DNA from: Candidatus Woesearchaeota archaeon
GTDB taxonomy: Archaea; Nanobdellota; Nanobdellia; Woesearchaeales; UBA583
Assembly: GCA_965205335.1 (NCBI GenBank)
Contig: OZ242164.1
Span: forward strand, 704,001 to 768,000
Reading direction: 5' to 3'
Length of the DNA: 64,000 nt
Positions 17,849-28,360 of this stretch are shown here, piece after piece. The number at the start of each line of letters is the position of its first letter. The stretch's first letter is position 1. The translations under genes were made by a program, and so were the position numbers. The notes under the pieces were generated by a model, which was given only the letters and a program-made list of their open reading frames with translations, was not told where the DNA came from and did no database searches.

Positions 17849-19000
17849 ATGACAGAGAAAGAAAAGCTTTTTGAAGAACTAATTAAAAAATCAGGCAAAT
17901 CCAGAGAAGAACTTGAAAAACTTGTATCCGACAAAGTTAATGAACTATCTGGACTTGTATCAGAAGAAGGAGCAATATACATAATTGCAAACGAAATGGA
18001 GATTAGACTTGACACAGACAGACCCAAAAGAGAACTTAACCAACTGAAAATTGATGAAATTACTCAACCAAAAACCCCTGTAAGTTCGGTTTGCAAAGTT
18101 GTCAAAAAATATGACAAAGTAAATTTCTCAAAAGACTCAGGCTCTGAAGGAAGTGTTCAATCAATACTTGTGGGGGATGAAACAGGAGTTATAAGAGTTG
18201 TTTTTTGGAACGACAAAACAGAACTTTTAGATTCTGTTCAGGAAGGAGACATTCTAAAAATTATTAATGCATATGCAAGAGAGAACACAAACTCGGAGAG
18301 AATTGAAGTTCACTTCGGACAATACTCTGACATTGAAGTAAACCCGCAAGGAGTTGAAATTGAAGTAAAAGAATTTGTCCCAGAAGACATTGAATTTGAA
18401 GAAAAAAAAGTAACTGAAATTAATGAAGGGGACAAAAACATTAAAATCGCAGGGGTCATCACCACATTCGACATCCCAAGATATTACCTCGGATGCCCTG
18501 AGTGTTATAAAAAAGTCTTTCAAGATGAAGGAACTTACAAATGTGCTATGCATGATGAAGTTGAAGCAATGCGAATTCCAATTGTAAACATTGTCGTTGA
18601 TGACGGAAGCGGAAACATATCTGTTGTAGGATTTAGAGACAGAGCTCAAGACTTAACTAAATTAGACAAAGAAAAACTACTTGAACTAACAGAAGACATT
18701 GACAAATACAACGAATTCAGCAAATCCATAGTAGGTTCTAAAGTAGAACTTGGAGGAAATACCAGCCTAAGCCCTTTAACAGGAGAAAACCAAATCCTTG
18801 TAAATCAAGTTATGTCTCTTGACTTGAAAGAAATTGATGAATTAGCAAAAGAAATCATCAGTGAAGACGAGAAAGAAACCTCACAGGAATCAGAATCTGA
18901 TAACGAAGACAAAAAAAATAAAACCGAAAAAGAATCCGATTTCTTAGACGATGAAGATTTAGACATTGAAGAAATTGACTTCAACGATGATTTAATGTAA
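17849..19000 (+). CDS. rpa: Replication protein A (OB folds plus Zn finger)
   Basis: GLVSEEGA, GDETGVIRVVFW, CPEC...CAMH, DDGSGNI. Confidence 0.85.
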   Translation: MTEKEKLFEELIKKSGKSREELEKLVSDKVNELSGLVSEEGAIYIIANEMEIRLDTDRPKRELNQLKIDEITQPKTPVSSVCKVVKKYDKVNFSKDSGSEGSVQSILVGDETGVIRVVFWNDKTELLDSVQEGDILKIINAYARENTNSERIEVHFGQYSDIEVNPQGVEIEVKEFVPEDIEFEEKKVTEINEGDKNIKIAGVITTFDIPRYYLGCPECYKKVFQDEGTYKCAMHDEVEAMRIPIVNIVVDDGSGNISVVGFRDRAQDLTKLDKEKLLELTEDIDKYNEFSKSIVGSKVELGGNTSLSPLTGENQILVNQVMSLDLKEIDELAKEIISEDEKETSQESESDNEDKKNKTEKESDFLDDEDLDIEEIDFNDDLM

Positions 19001-19125
19001 ACACCCCATCTGTAACACCTAACATTTACAAATTCAATAACTCTTAAATTTTCCTCAAATTCTTAATTTATACAAAAATTCTTTTTTGCGAAAAAATTTA
19101 TAAACAATCTCTTCTTTTTTCTGTT

Positions 19126-20253
19126 ATGAGCAAAGACTATTACAGAATTTTAGGCATTGAAAAAAACTCTTCAAAAGAAGATATTAAAAAAGCATATAAA
19201 AAATTAGCTAAAAAATATCATCCCGACATTTCACAAGAACCAAACACAGAAACTAAATTCAAAGAAATAAATGAAGCCGCAGGAGTTCTCTTAGATGATG
19301 AGAAAAAACAAAGATACGACACATATGGAACAGAAGAAGGTTCCTTTGGATTTAGTAGTGAGGGAGGATTTGACCCTCGTGACTTTGGAATAAACTTAGA
19401 TGACATCTTTGAACAGTTTGGATTTGGTTCAGGTTTTGGTGGAGGGTTTGGTGGATTTGGAGGAGGTTCAAGAACCCACAGACCAAAAAGAGACATGAAC
19501 ATTTACATTGAAACCCAAATTGACTTAGATGATATTTACTTCGGTGCAGAAAAAGAAATCACAATCAGCCGAGAGGAAAAATGTGAAACCTGCAAAGGGA
19601 AAGGTGCTAAATATTCAAAAGACATATCAGACTGTTCCAAATGCAATGGCTCGGGAATAATTTCTGAAACAAAACAATCTCTCTTGGGCGTAATCAGAAC
19701 CCAAACAATCTGTCCTATGTGCAAGGGTTCAGGAAACATCATCTCAAACCCTTGTCACACATGTTCAGGAAGAGGAACTGAAAAAATAAAAGACAGAGTT
19801 GAAATTAAAATCCCAAAAGGAATTGAAAACGGAGTAACCCTAAGAGTCTCAGACAAAGGAAACTACGACAGAGACTCTAATTCCTATGGAGACTTATATA
19901 TAAAAATTCACATCAGAGATTCAAAAGATTATAGTGTGGACGGGGCAGACTTGCATAGAACAATAAACATCAATTTCATATCTGCAATAATTGGCGATGA
20001 AGTTGCAATAGAACACTTTGATAAAACTCTCAGTGTAGAAATTCCGCAGGGAACTCAGCCCGATACAACTCTCAGATTAAAAGGAAAAGGTCTTCCTCAT
20101 TTCAATTACACAGGAAAAGGTGACTTATACATGAAAATAAATATAGAAATTCCCAAGAAAACTACAAAAGAACAAAAGAAAATTCTAATGGAATACGTGA
20201 AAACTCTAGATGACAAAAGCATCTTAGAAAAAATGAAATCACTATTTAGATAA
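19126..20253 (+). CDS. dnaJ: Chaperone DnaJ
   Basis: J domain HPD, G/F-rich region, four CxxCxGxG repeats. Confidence 0.96.
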   Translation: MSKDYYRILGIEKNSSKEDIKKAYKKLAKKYHPDISQEPNTETKFKEINEAAGVLLDDEKKQRYDTYGTEEGSFGFSSEGGFDPRDFGINLDDIFEQFGFGSGFGGGFGGFGGGSRTHRPKRDMNIYIETQIDLDDIYFGAEKEITISREEKCETCKGKGAKYSKDISDCSKCNGSGIISETKQSLLGVIRTQTICPMCKGSGNIISNPCHTCSGRGTEKIKDRVEIKIPKGIENGVTLRVSDKGNYDRDSNSYGDLYIKIHIRDSKDYSVDGADLHRTININFISAIIGDEVAIEHFDKTLSVEIPQGTQPDTTLRLKGKGLPHFNYTGKGDLYMKINIEIPKKTTKEQKKILMEYVKTLDDKSILEKMKSLFR

Positions 20254-20335
20254 ACACACATACAAAGAATTTATTCTCTGTCCTCTTTATTAAATAGTTA
20301 CTAAATACTATATAATTTAATTGAGAGATTTCTTT

Positions 20336-21436
20336 ATGCCACAGAATAAAATTGCGGATTTTAGTGTTGATTACATCTCAATCCTTGACAAAGAAGGAAA
20401 CAGCGACAACGAACTAATGCCTGATTTAACCGAAAATCAAATTAAAGAAATGTATCACTTAATGGTCCTGACTCGAACATTAGATGAGAAATTATTCAAC
20501 CTTCAAAGATCCGGAAAAATCGGAACATACGCTCAGGTTAAAGGACAGGAAGCTTCAGAAATTGGAAGTGGATTTGCTCTTTTGGAAAACGACTGGCTTG
20601 TTCCCTCATTTCGTGAGATGGGTGTTTTCATTGCAAGAAAAGTTCCCCTAAAACCATTGGTTCAGGGCTGGAATGGGGACACAAGAGCATTTGCCGTCCC
20701 GCAAGGCGGAAGAAACCTTCCAATTGCAATCCCAATTGCATCCCAATGTTTACATGCAACAGGAATTGCTTGGGCAAGCAAACTAAAAGAAGAAAAAGAT
20801 GTTACAATAGTTTACTTTGGAGAAGGTGCAACAGCAGAAGGAGATTTCCATGAAGCTCTTAACTTTGCATCAACACTAAACCTTCCAGTTGTATTCTTCT
20901 GCCAGAGAAACGGCTGGGCAATCTCAACACCTTCCACAAAAGAAATGAACTCTCAAAGCATTGCCCAAAAAGCAATTGCATATAACATGAAAGGAATCCA
21001 AGTTGATGGAAATGATATTTTGGCTGTTTACAGAGTAACAAACGAAGCCATTAACCGAGCCAGAAACGGAGAAGGTCCAACTCTCATTGAAAGCGTAACA
21101 TACAGAATGGGTGACCATACAACATCCGATGACTCCTCTAAATACAGAACACAGGAAGGAACACAAGAATGGGAAACAAAAGACCCAATACTTAGAGTTC
21201 AGAAATACTTTCAAAAAATAGGAACATGGAATGATGATTACAAAAAATGGCTTGATGAAACAGTCTCGAAAGAAGTTGAAACTGCAATTGAAGAAGGCTT
21301 AAACGTTCCTGCCCCAGACCCATCCCAATTATTTAACAACACATTTGAAGAAAAACCATGGATGCTAATAGAACAAGAAAAAGAAATGCTTGAAGAAATA
21401 CAAAAAAATTCAGAAGGTGAAAATCAAAATGGTTAA
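20336..21436 (+). CDS. pdhA: Pyruvate/2-oxoacid dehydrogenase E1 alpha
   Basis: GQEA, FGEGATAEGDFHEALN, YRMGDHTTSDD. Confidence 0.9.
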   Translation: MPQNKIADFSVDYISILDKEGNSDNELMPDLTENQIKEMYHLMVLTRTLDEKLFNLQRSGKIGTYAQVKGQEASEIGSGFALLENDWLVPSFREMGVFIARKVPLKPLVQGWNGDTRAFAVPQGGRNLPIAIPIASQCLHATGIAWASKLKEEKDVTIVYFGEGATAEGDFHEALNFASTLNLPVVFFCQRNGWAISTPSTKEMNSQSIAQKAIAYNMKGIQVDGNDILAVYRVTNEAINRARNGEGPTLIESVTYRMGDHTTSDDSSKYRTQEGTQEWETKDPILRVQKYFQKIGTWNDDYKKWLDETVSKEVETAIEEGLNVPAPDPSQLFNNTFEEKPWMLIEQEKEMLEEIQKNSEGENQNG

Positions 21437-22409
21437 AATGCACATGGTTTCTGCACTTAATAATGCACTTGACATTGCTATGGCAGAAAACAATAAAATC
21501 ATCTGCCTTGGTGAAGACGTTGGAGTTGATGGTGGAGTTTTCAGAGTAACAGAAGGACTGCTCAACAAATACGGTGAAAAAAGAGTTGTAGACACCCCTC
21601 TTGCAGAAGCAGCAATTGTTGGTTGTTCAATTGGCATGGGTTTAAACGGAATTAAACCAATCGCTGAAATACAATTTAGCGGTTTCTCATACCAAGCCTT
21701 CCATCAGATAAAACAACACATGGCAAGATTTAGACAGAGAACAAATGGAACACTCACATGCCCAATGATTTTAAGAGCACCTTGCTCAGGAGGAATTCGC
21801 GCCTTAGAACACCACAGCGAAAGTCCCGAAAGCTTTTTCATACACTGTCAGGGAATTAAAGTCATCATGCCAAGCGGACCTTATGATGCAAAAGGTTTAC
21901 TCCTCTCTGCAATAGATGAAAAAGACCCAGTCATATTTCTAGAACCAAAAAAAATTTACAGAGCATTCAAAGAAGAAGTCCCAGAGGAAAAATACACAAT
22001 TGAAATTGGAAAAGCAAATATAAAAAAAGAAGGAACAGATATTTCAATAATCACATGGGGAGCTATGACAAAACTTGTTTTAGATAACATAGAAGCCATT
22101 GAAAAAGAAACACAGAAATCAATTGAAATCTTAGACCTTAGAACTCTATGGCCATTTGACATTGACGCAATAACACAAACTGCCAAAAAAACAGGAAGAG
22201 TGATTATTGTCGCAGAAGAAACTAAAAGTTGTTCTTTAAGTTCAGAAATTACAGCCCAAATCCAAGAAAGATGCATTCTTTACTTAAACGGCCCAATCCA
22301 GAGAGTCACTTCTTGGGATTTACCATACCCTCAATTTGCTCTTGAAAATTTCTTCCTGCCCAATGCAAAAAGAATAACAAAAGCAATCAAAAAAACTCTT
22401 GAATATTAA
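21429..22409 (+). CDS. pdhB: Pyruvate/2-oxoacid dehydrogenase E1 beta
   Basis: GEDVG..GGVFRVT, DTPLAE, EIQF, EHHSE. Confidence 0.92.
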   Translation: MVKMHMVSALNNALDIAMAENNKIICLGEDVGVDGGVFRVTEGLLNKYGEKRVVDTPLAEAAIVGCSIGMGLNGIKPIAEIQFSGFSYQAFHQIKQHMARFRQRTNGTLTCPMILRAPCSGGIRALEHHSESPESFFIHCQGIKVIMPSGPYDAKGLLLSAIDEKDPVIFLEPKKIYRAFKEEVPEEKYTIEIGKANIKKEGTDISIITWGAMTKLVLDNIEAIEKETQKSIEILDLRTLWPFDIDAITQTAKKTGRVIIVAEETKSCSLSSEITAQIQERCILYLNGPIQRVTSWDLPYPQFALENFFLPNAKRITKAIKKTLEY

Positions 22410-22410
22410 A

Positions 22411-23982
22411 ATGGTTTACGAGTTCAAATTCCCAGACGTTGGAGAAGGAATCACAGAAGGAAAATTAGTCTCATGGTATGTTAAAGTTGGAGATGAAATA
22501 AAAACTGATGAAACCGTTTGCTCTGTTGAAACAGACAAATCAATAATTGAAATTCCCTCGCCAGTCAGCGGAAAAATATTAGAATTAGTAAACAACGAAG
22601 GTGATGATTTGAAAGTTGGAGACATCTTCATGAAAATAGACAATGAAACATCTAATGAAGATACAAAAGAAAACAAATCTCAAAAATCAGAAGAACTCCC
22701 CCAAGAAATCCACAAAGAAGTAGAAGAAACCATTTTTACTGAAAACTTTCCTTCCCCCGAACCGAATTCTCCTCAAATATTAGCAATGCCAAAGATAAGA
22801 AATATTGCAAAGGAAAAAAGAATTGACTTAAGTACAATCAAACCAACAGGTTCAAAAGGAGAGATTACTCTCTCAGATTTAGGACAAGAAAACGAAACTC
22901 CTATTCAAGACAACATTTCACAAACTTCTCAAATACCACAAACCAACAATCAGGAAGAAACACAATCTCACGACCCAACTCCTCACAAAAACGTCCAGAA
23001 CATAGAATCTCATCCAAACTCACAAAAAGAAACAATTGCATCACCTTCCGTTCGTCAATTAGCCCGCGATCTAAACATTGATATTAAAACTATTGCAGGA
23101 ACGGGAGAGAACGGGAAAATTCTTGAACAAGACATTAAAAAGACAGCACAGCAAATTGAACCAGATGACACACAACACAAAGAAAATGAAGAAGTAATAG
23201 AAGAAGAGAAAGCAGAATGTAAAGTATCTCAGAAAATAAATACAGACCACTTAAACAAACAAAACTGTGAACTAGATCATTCATCGGATAAAAGAATTCC
23301 AATTGATGGAATAAGAGAAGCCATTTCAAAAAAGATGACACAATCCCTATCTAAAGCCGCTCAAGTTACGATTTGCGATGAAGCAGATGTGTCCGAACTT
23401 GTTAAACTAAGAAATCGCGAAAAAGAAAAACTAAAAGAAAAAGGGATTAAGCTTACATACCTTCCATTCTTCATAAAAGCATTTATTGACACTGCAAAAG
23501 AATATCCTTACTTCAACGCAATTGTTGATGATAACTCCAATGAAATAATTTTAAAATCTCAATACAACATTGGCATTGCAACAGACACTCCAAGAGGACT
23601 CTTAGTCCCTGTTATTAAAAACGCAAACAACAAAAGCATTATAGAACTATCAAATGACTTAGTTAATTTAACTAATCTTGCAAGAGAAGGAAAACTAAAA
23701 TTAGAAGATATGGAAAACGGAACATTTACAATTACATCAATTGGAAATTTAAGAGGACAGTTTTTTACTCCGATTTTAAACTACCCACAAACTGCCATCT
23801 TAGGTATTGGAAAAATTACAAAAAAACCAGTAGTTAAAAACGATAAAATAATTGCGCGTGACATTCTCACCTTATCTCTAACTTTTGACCACAGAGTTAT
23901 AGATGGTGCTGATGCTTCAAGATTTTTAAAAAAATACATTGAACTAATTGAAGACACAGAATTATTATTTATGGAGAGTTAA
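22411..23982 (+). CDS. pdhC: Dihydrolipoamide acyltransferase E2
   Basis: Lipoyl domain ETDKS, two peripheral-subunit-binding repeats, DHRVIDGA. Confidence 0.92.
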   Translation: MVYEFKFPDVGEGITEGKLVSWYVKVGDEIKTDETVCSVETDKSIIEIPSPVSGKILELVNNEGDDLKVGDIFMKIDNETSNEDTKENKSQKSEELPQEIHKEVEETIFTENFPSPEPNSPQILAMPKIRNIAKEKRIDLSTIKPTGSKGEITLSDLGQENETPIQDNISQTSQIPQTNNQEETQSHDPTPHKNVQNIESHPNSQKETIASPSVRQLARDLNIDIKTIAGTGENGKILEQDIKKTAQQIEPDDTQHKENEEVIEEEKAECKVSQKINTDHLNKQNCELDHSSDKRIPIDGIREAISKKMTQSLSKAAQVTICDEADVSELVKLRNREKEKLKEKGIKLTYLPFFIKAFIDTAKEYPYFNAIVDDNSNEIILKSQYNIGIATDTPRGLLVPVIKNANNKSIIELSNDLVNLTNLAREGKLKLEDMENGTFTITSIGNLRGQFFTPILNYPQTAILGIGKITKKPVVKNDKIIARDILTLSLTFDHRVIDGADASRFLKKYIELIEDTELLFMES

Positions 23983-23983
23983 A

Positions 23984-25429
23984 ATGGTTGTTGGCGAATT
24001 AAGTATAGAATGCGATATTGCGGTTATCGGCTCAGGACCAGGCGGATACGTTGCAGCAATTCGGGCGGCCCAACTAGGCAAAGATGTAGTAATTGTTGAA
24101 AAAGAAAAAAAATTAGGAGGGATCTGCTTGAATCTTGGATGCATTCCAACAAAAGCTCTTATTACTTCCTCTGATTACTTCAATGTTCTAAAGGAACTTG
24201 ACATGATGGGAATCAATGTTGAAAATCATTCTGTTGATATTAACAAAATGAATGAATGGAAATCAGGAATTATAAACAAACTTGAATCTGGAATTCGTAT
24301 GCTCTGTGCAAAATACGGAATTGAAATCATTGAAGGCATTGGAACATTCAAAGACAAAAACACATTAGCAGTTGCAGGACAAAGTGATGTAAATGAAATC
24401 AAATTTAAAAATGCAATCATTGCAACAGGTTCAATCCCAGCGCAAATTCCTAACTTTAATTTTGATGGAGAACATATCATATCATCAAACGAAGCAATTG
24501 ACTTATCAGAGATTCCCGAAAAACTTGTCATAATAGGTGGAGGATACATTGGAACAGAACTTGGAACAGTTTATGGGAAACTAGGCAGTGAAGTTCACAT
24601 CCTTGAAGGAACAGACAGATTAATAGGTGTTTTGGATAAAGAAATTGTTGATGTCGTAACAAAAGAAATCTTAAAATTTAATGTTAATTTGCATTTTAAA
24701 TCCTTAGCTAAATCATCAAGAATTGAAAATTCCAAAGTTCAAGTTAATTTTGAAGAGAATGAACAACCACAAAGCATAATATGTGATAAAGTAATGGTTG
24801 TAGTAGGACGCATCCCAAATTCTAAAACATGCAACCTTGAACTCGCTGGTGTTGAATGTGACGAAAAAGGATTTATTAAAGTTGATAGCCAGATGAGAAC
24901 AAATATAGAAAATATCTTTGCAATTGGAGATGTGGTTTGTAATCCCATGCTTGCCCATAAAGCCTCTCGTGAAGGAAAAATTGCCGCAGAAGTTATATGC
25001 GGAATTAATTCTTCTTTTGACAATGCAGTAATCCCAAGTGTTGTATTTAACGACCCAGAATTAGTTAGTGTTGGAATGACAGAGGATGAAGCAAAAGAGA
25101 AAGGGTATGAAATCTTAGTTAAAAAATTTCCATACTCCGCTTTGGGCAGAGCTTATATGTTTGATAGAACATCTGGATTTATTAAAATGGTATGTGAAAA
25201 AAAAACCAAAAGAATTTTAGGAGTTCATGCCGCAGGACCTCATGTATCAGAAATAGTGGCAGAAGCAACTCTTGCAATTGAAATGGGTGCTAACGCTGAG
25301 GACATCTCACTAACAATCCACCCTCATCCAACCATCTCAGAAGGATTATCAGAAGTAGCTGACTCAATTCTTGGAAAAGCCATAAACATTTATGAACCCC
25401 CAAACAAAGAAGACAAAGAAGATAACTAA
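23984..25429 (+). CDS. lpdA: Dihydrolipoamide dehydrogenase E3
   Basis: GSGPGG, GGICLNLGCIPTK, HPHPTISE. Confidence 0.95.
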   Translation: MVVGELSIECDIAVIGSGPGGYVAAIRAAQLGKDVVIVEKEKKLGGICLNLGCIPTKALITSSDYFNVLKELDMMGINVENHSVDINKMNEWKSGIINKLESGIRMLCAKYGIEIIEGIGTFKDKNTLAVAGQSDVNEIKFKNAIIATGSIPAQIPNFNFDGEHIISSNEAIDLSEIPEKLVIIGGGYIGTELGTVYGKLGSEVHILEGTDRLIGVLDKEIVDVVTKEILKFNVNLHFKSLAKSSRIENSKVQVNFEENEQPQSIICDKVMVVVGRIPNSKTCNLELAGVECDEKGFIKVDSQMRTNIENIFAIGDVVCNPMLAHKASREGKIAAEVICGINSSFDNAVIPSVVFNDPELVSVGMTEDEAKEKGYEILVKKFPYSALGRAYMFDRTSGFIKMVCEKKTKRILGVHAAGPHVSEIVAEATLAIEMGANAEDISLTIHPHPTISEGLSEVADSILGKAINIYEPPNKEDKEDN

Positions 25430-25734
25430 AACCGATGAAGATATTTTTTTAAATCCACCTTATTATCATTTGAAACTTCAATCCCATCTCCTTCAAGCAA
25501 TCTCTTTTTTTCATTTATTCCCAACTGATATGAACCCAAACCACCATCAGATTTTACAACCTTATAACAAGGATTTCTCTTAATATCCTTATTCTTGACC
25601 ATAGCATTTCCAACTGCTCTATATCCAACAGAGCCAAGAGAATGTGCTATTTGCTTATACGTTGTAACCTTTCCTCTCGGTATACCCTTCAGCAACTCAT
25701 AACATCTCTCATTAAATGATTTTTTCATATTCAT
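25426..25734 (-). CDS. MGMT/Ogt-family alkylated-DNA repair protein (C-terminal domain only)
   Basis: IPRGKVTTYKQIA, RAVGNAM, PCYKVV (PCHRV variant). Confidence 0.8.
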   Translation of the reverse strand: MNMKKSFNERCYELLKGIPRGKVTTYKQIAHSLGSVGYRAVGNAMVKNKDIKRNPCYKVVKSDGGLGSYQLGINEKKRLLEGDGIEVSNDNKVDLKKYLHRF

Positions 25735-25745
25735 ATCACACAAAC

Positions 25746-26134
25746 CTAATTTCCCATAAAAAAAGCACTCCATATATGTCCATCCAAATCTTCAAAATTT
25801 CTTCCATACATAGTCCCATAATCCTGCGATTTATTAACCTCCTTTCCTCCTATATCTATTGCCTTCCCAACTAACTCATCCTCTTCTTCTCTACTATTCA
25901 TAGACAAAACATTCACAACCTCCGATGCCTTACTAACATCCACAATCTCCTTACCTGAAAAATCCTTAAACTTACTTTCCTCAAGAAACATTGCACATAC
26001 ATTCTCATTAATAATCATACAAAGTGTATCCTCACTACACCCCCCTTCATTAAATGAAAATCCTAACTTTGAAAAAAACTCTCTCGAACTCTTAACACTT
26101 TTAATTGGCAAATTAATAAAAACATCCTAACCAT
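25746..26134 (-). pseudogene. VOC/glyoxalase-family protein with a 5' frameshift
   Basis: FINLPIK...SREFFSKLGF...DLDGHIW; ATG at 26134 is out of frame with the body (ATG GTT AG GAT GTT TTT ATT AAT TTG). Confidence 0.65.
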
Positions 26135-26281
26135 AATTCAAATATCACTCATAAATTTAAAAGCTTAATCATTTCTGAGAATAAATCTGACACAATCTCA
26201 TACAAAATAAAAATTACAAAAGCACTTAGAAAATCTCAATAAATCTTATATCCACATAACCTTATAAATAACACACAACAT

Positions 26282-26857
26282 ATGATTCATATGAATATCC
26301 TAATAATTACTGCTCACCCATTAAAAGATGGATTTTCAAACAAGATTGCAAATGCATATTCCAAGGGGAAAAAATCAATAGGAGACAATGTGAAAATTCT
26401 ACGTCTATACAACAACCACAAAAATATTAATTATTTTCAATTCAACAGCAACTCAAAAAAAGAAATGGAATTCATTAAAAAATCCCAAAAACTAATCTTT
26501 TGGGCAAATGAAATCATTCTATGTTTTCCAATATGGAACGTGGGCGAGCCTGCAATACTAAAGAACTGGTATGACTCAGTTTTCATCTCAGGCTTTTCTT
26601 TTAAATTCAAAAAAGGGGGCTCTCACGACAAATTACTCTCTGGTAGAACAGCAAAAATATTTGTAACATCTGATGGAGAAGCATGGAAATACAAACTAAT
26701 AGGAAACCCCATTAAAACCATATGGAGATTTGGGAGACTTGGATTTTGTGGAATAAAACTAAAAGAATTTAACTATCTTGATAAAATGAGAAAAAGAGAT
26801 GAAAACAACCGCAAAGAATCTCTAAAAATGATTGAAAAGAACTCAGCAAAAAACTAA
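26282..26857 (+). CDS. NAD(P)H-dependent oxidoreductase (flavodoxin-like fold)
   Basis: ILIITAHP, FPIWN..PAILKNWYD. Confidence 0.85.
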   Translation: MIHMNILIITAHPLKDGFSNKIANAYSKGKKSIGDNVKILRLYNNHKNINYFQFNSNSKKEMEFIKKSQKLIFWANEIILCFPIWNVGEPAILKNWYDSVFISGFSFKFKKGGSHDKLLSGRTAKIFVTSDGEAWKYKLIGNPIKTIWRFGRLGFCGIKLKEFNYLDKMRKRDENNRKESLKMIEKNSAKN

Positions 26858-26861
26858 TTAC

Positions 26862-27025
26862 AAACAATAGATAATTAAACGGCAGGACTGGGATTTGCTC
26901 AGTCACTACGCTTACGCTTCGTTTGGAGGTCAGTGAGACAAAACTTACACCCGACAACAAGTTCAAATCCCTTAATAGGATTTAATCAAAAACAATAGAC
27001 AATTAAGCGGCAGGACTGGGATTTG
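26862..27025. repeat. 36-bp duplication of the tRNA-Ser 3' end and trailer (26862-26897 vs 26990-27025, 34/36 identical)
   Basis: AAACAATAGA(T/C)AATTAA(A/G)CGGCAGGACTGGGATTTG twice, 128 bp apart. Confidence 0.85.
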
Positions 27026-27090
27026 AACCCAGAATTCCAAAAGGAACAAGATTTCAAGTCTTGCGCAATACCAGATTATGCAATCCTGCC
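27008..27090 (-). tRNA. tRNA-Ser(UGA), no encoded CCA
   Basis: Acceptor GGCAGGA/TCCTGCC; anticodon arm CAAGA-CT TGA AA-TCTTG; long variable arm; GGTTCAAATCC. Confidence 0.93.
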
Positions 27091-27288
27091 TTAAACCCAA
27101 ATATCATTACAGTAAAACAATAACAAATCCACAAGAATACAACCCAGATTTGTAATAAAATAAATGCCAATTCTTTTATATATCTTACTAACATATAATA
27201 TATTGTAATCCTTCACAAAACCAAAAATCACAAAGAAGTAAACCTTATAAATTAAATAAATTTCTCATATCATATTAAGGTAACAAAA

Positions 27289-27813
27289 ATGACAGACTTA
27301 TGGCATGATATTGATAGAAAAAGTGTAGAGGAATTCAACGTAATTGTTGAATGCCCCAAAGGAAGCAGAGTAAAATATGAAATTGATAAAAAAACAGGAC
27401 TAATAAAATACGACAGAGTCTTATATTCTCCAATGCATTACAGCACAAACTATGGGTTTGTTCCCCAAACCCTTTGGGAAGATGATGACCCATTAGATGT
27501 TCTAATATTAAATGAAGAACCAATTGTTCCAAGAGCATTAGTTAAATGCAGAGCAATTGGAGTACTTAATATGATAGACAGCGGAGAAGGAGACGCAAAA
27601 ATATTAGCAGTCCCAACCAAAGACCCAAGATGCTCACACATTAAAGACATAAACGACATATCACCACACATCTTAGAAGAAATAAAAGAATTCTTTAAAG
27701 TATACAAAAACTTACAAAAAAAAGAAGTCTCTGTTGGAGACTGGAAAAATAAAGATGAAGCAATCAAATACATCAAAAAATCATTTGAAATGTATGATGC
27801 CAAATTCAAATGA
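27289..27813 (+). CDS. ppa: Inorganic pyrophosphatase, family I
   Basis: KYEIDK, NYGFVPQT, DDDPLDVL, DAKIL. Confidence 0.95.
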   Translation: MTDLWHDIDRKSVEEFNVIVECPKGSRVKYEIDKKTGLIKYDRVLYSPMHYSTNYGFVPQTLWEDDDPLDVLILNEEPIVPRALVKCRAIGVLNMIDSGEGDAKILAVPTKDPRCSHIKDINDISPHILEEIKEFFKVYKNLQKKEVSVGDWKNKDEAIKYIKKSFEMYDAKFK

Positions 27814-27887
27814 TCTTTTCACTCTTTTCAAAAACAATTAAAAACAAAATCAAATAATTTTTTAAATAGATAAATTATACTTATTTT

Positions 27888-28358
27888 ATGACAGCATGCG
27901 AGATGTGTGGAAATGATGTTAAATCTTTAACAAAAATTAAAATTGAAAACTCATCAATGCTTGTATGCAATTCTTGTAAACCACTTGGAAAAGAAGATCA
28001 CACTACAAACAAAACTCATACATTCAAGAAAATAAAAAAAACCAATGAATCAAACTATGATGTGGTCTCAAACTACACCAATATAATTCAATCAAGTCTC
28101 TCAAAAAAAGGAATAAACGTCAAACAACTTGCAAGAGCCACAAACATAAAAGAAAGTTCTCTCAACAACTACTTAAAAGGTTCAATCAAATTAGACATTG
28201 AAACTGCAAAAAAAATCCAAAATTTTTTAGAAATTAATTTGGTGTATGAATGTGAAAATGACTCAGATGTAAGAACAGAAGACTTTATGAATGATGAAAG
28301 CCCACAAAAACCATCGCTTGGAGACTTAATACAAAAACAACTAAACAAAAATAAATAA
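27888..28358 (+). CDS. Archaeal MBF1 (Zn ribbon plus HTH)
   Basis: CEMCG...VCNSC, HTH, C-terminal SLGDL. Confidence 0.85.
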   Translation: MTACEMCGNDVKSLTKIKIENSSMLVCNSCKPLGKEDHTTNKTHTFKKIKKTNESNYDVVSNYTNIIQSSLSKKGINVKQLARATNIKESSLNNYLKGSIKLDIETAKKIQNFLEINLVYECENDSDVRTEDFMNDESPQKPSLGDLIQKQLNKNK

Positions 28359-28360
28359 AA

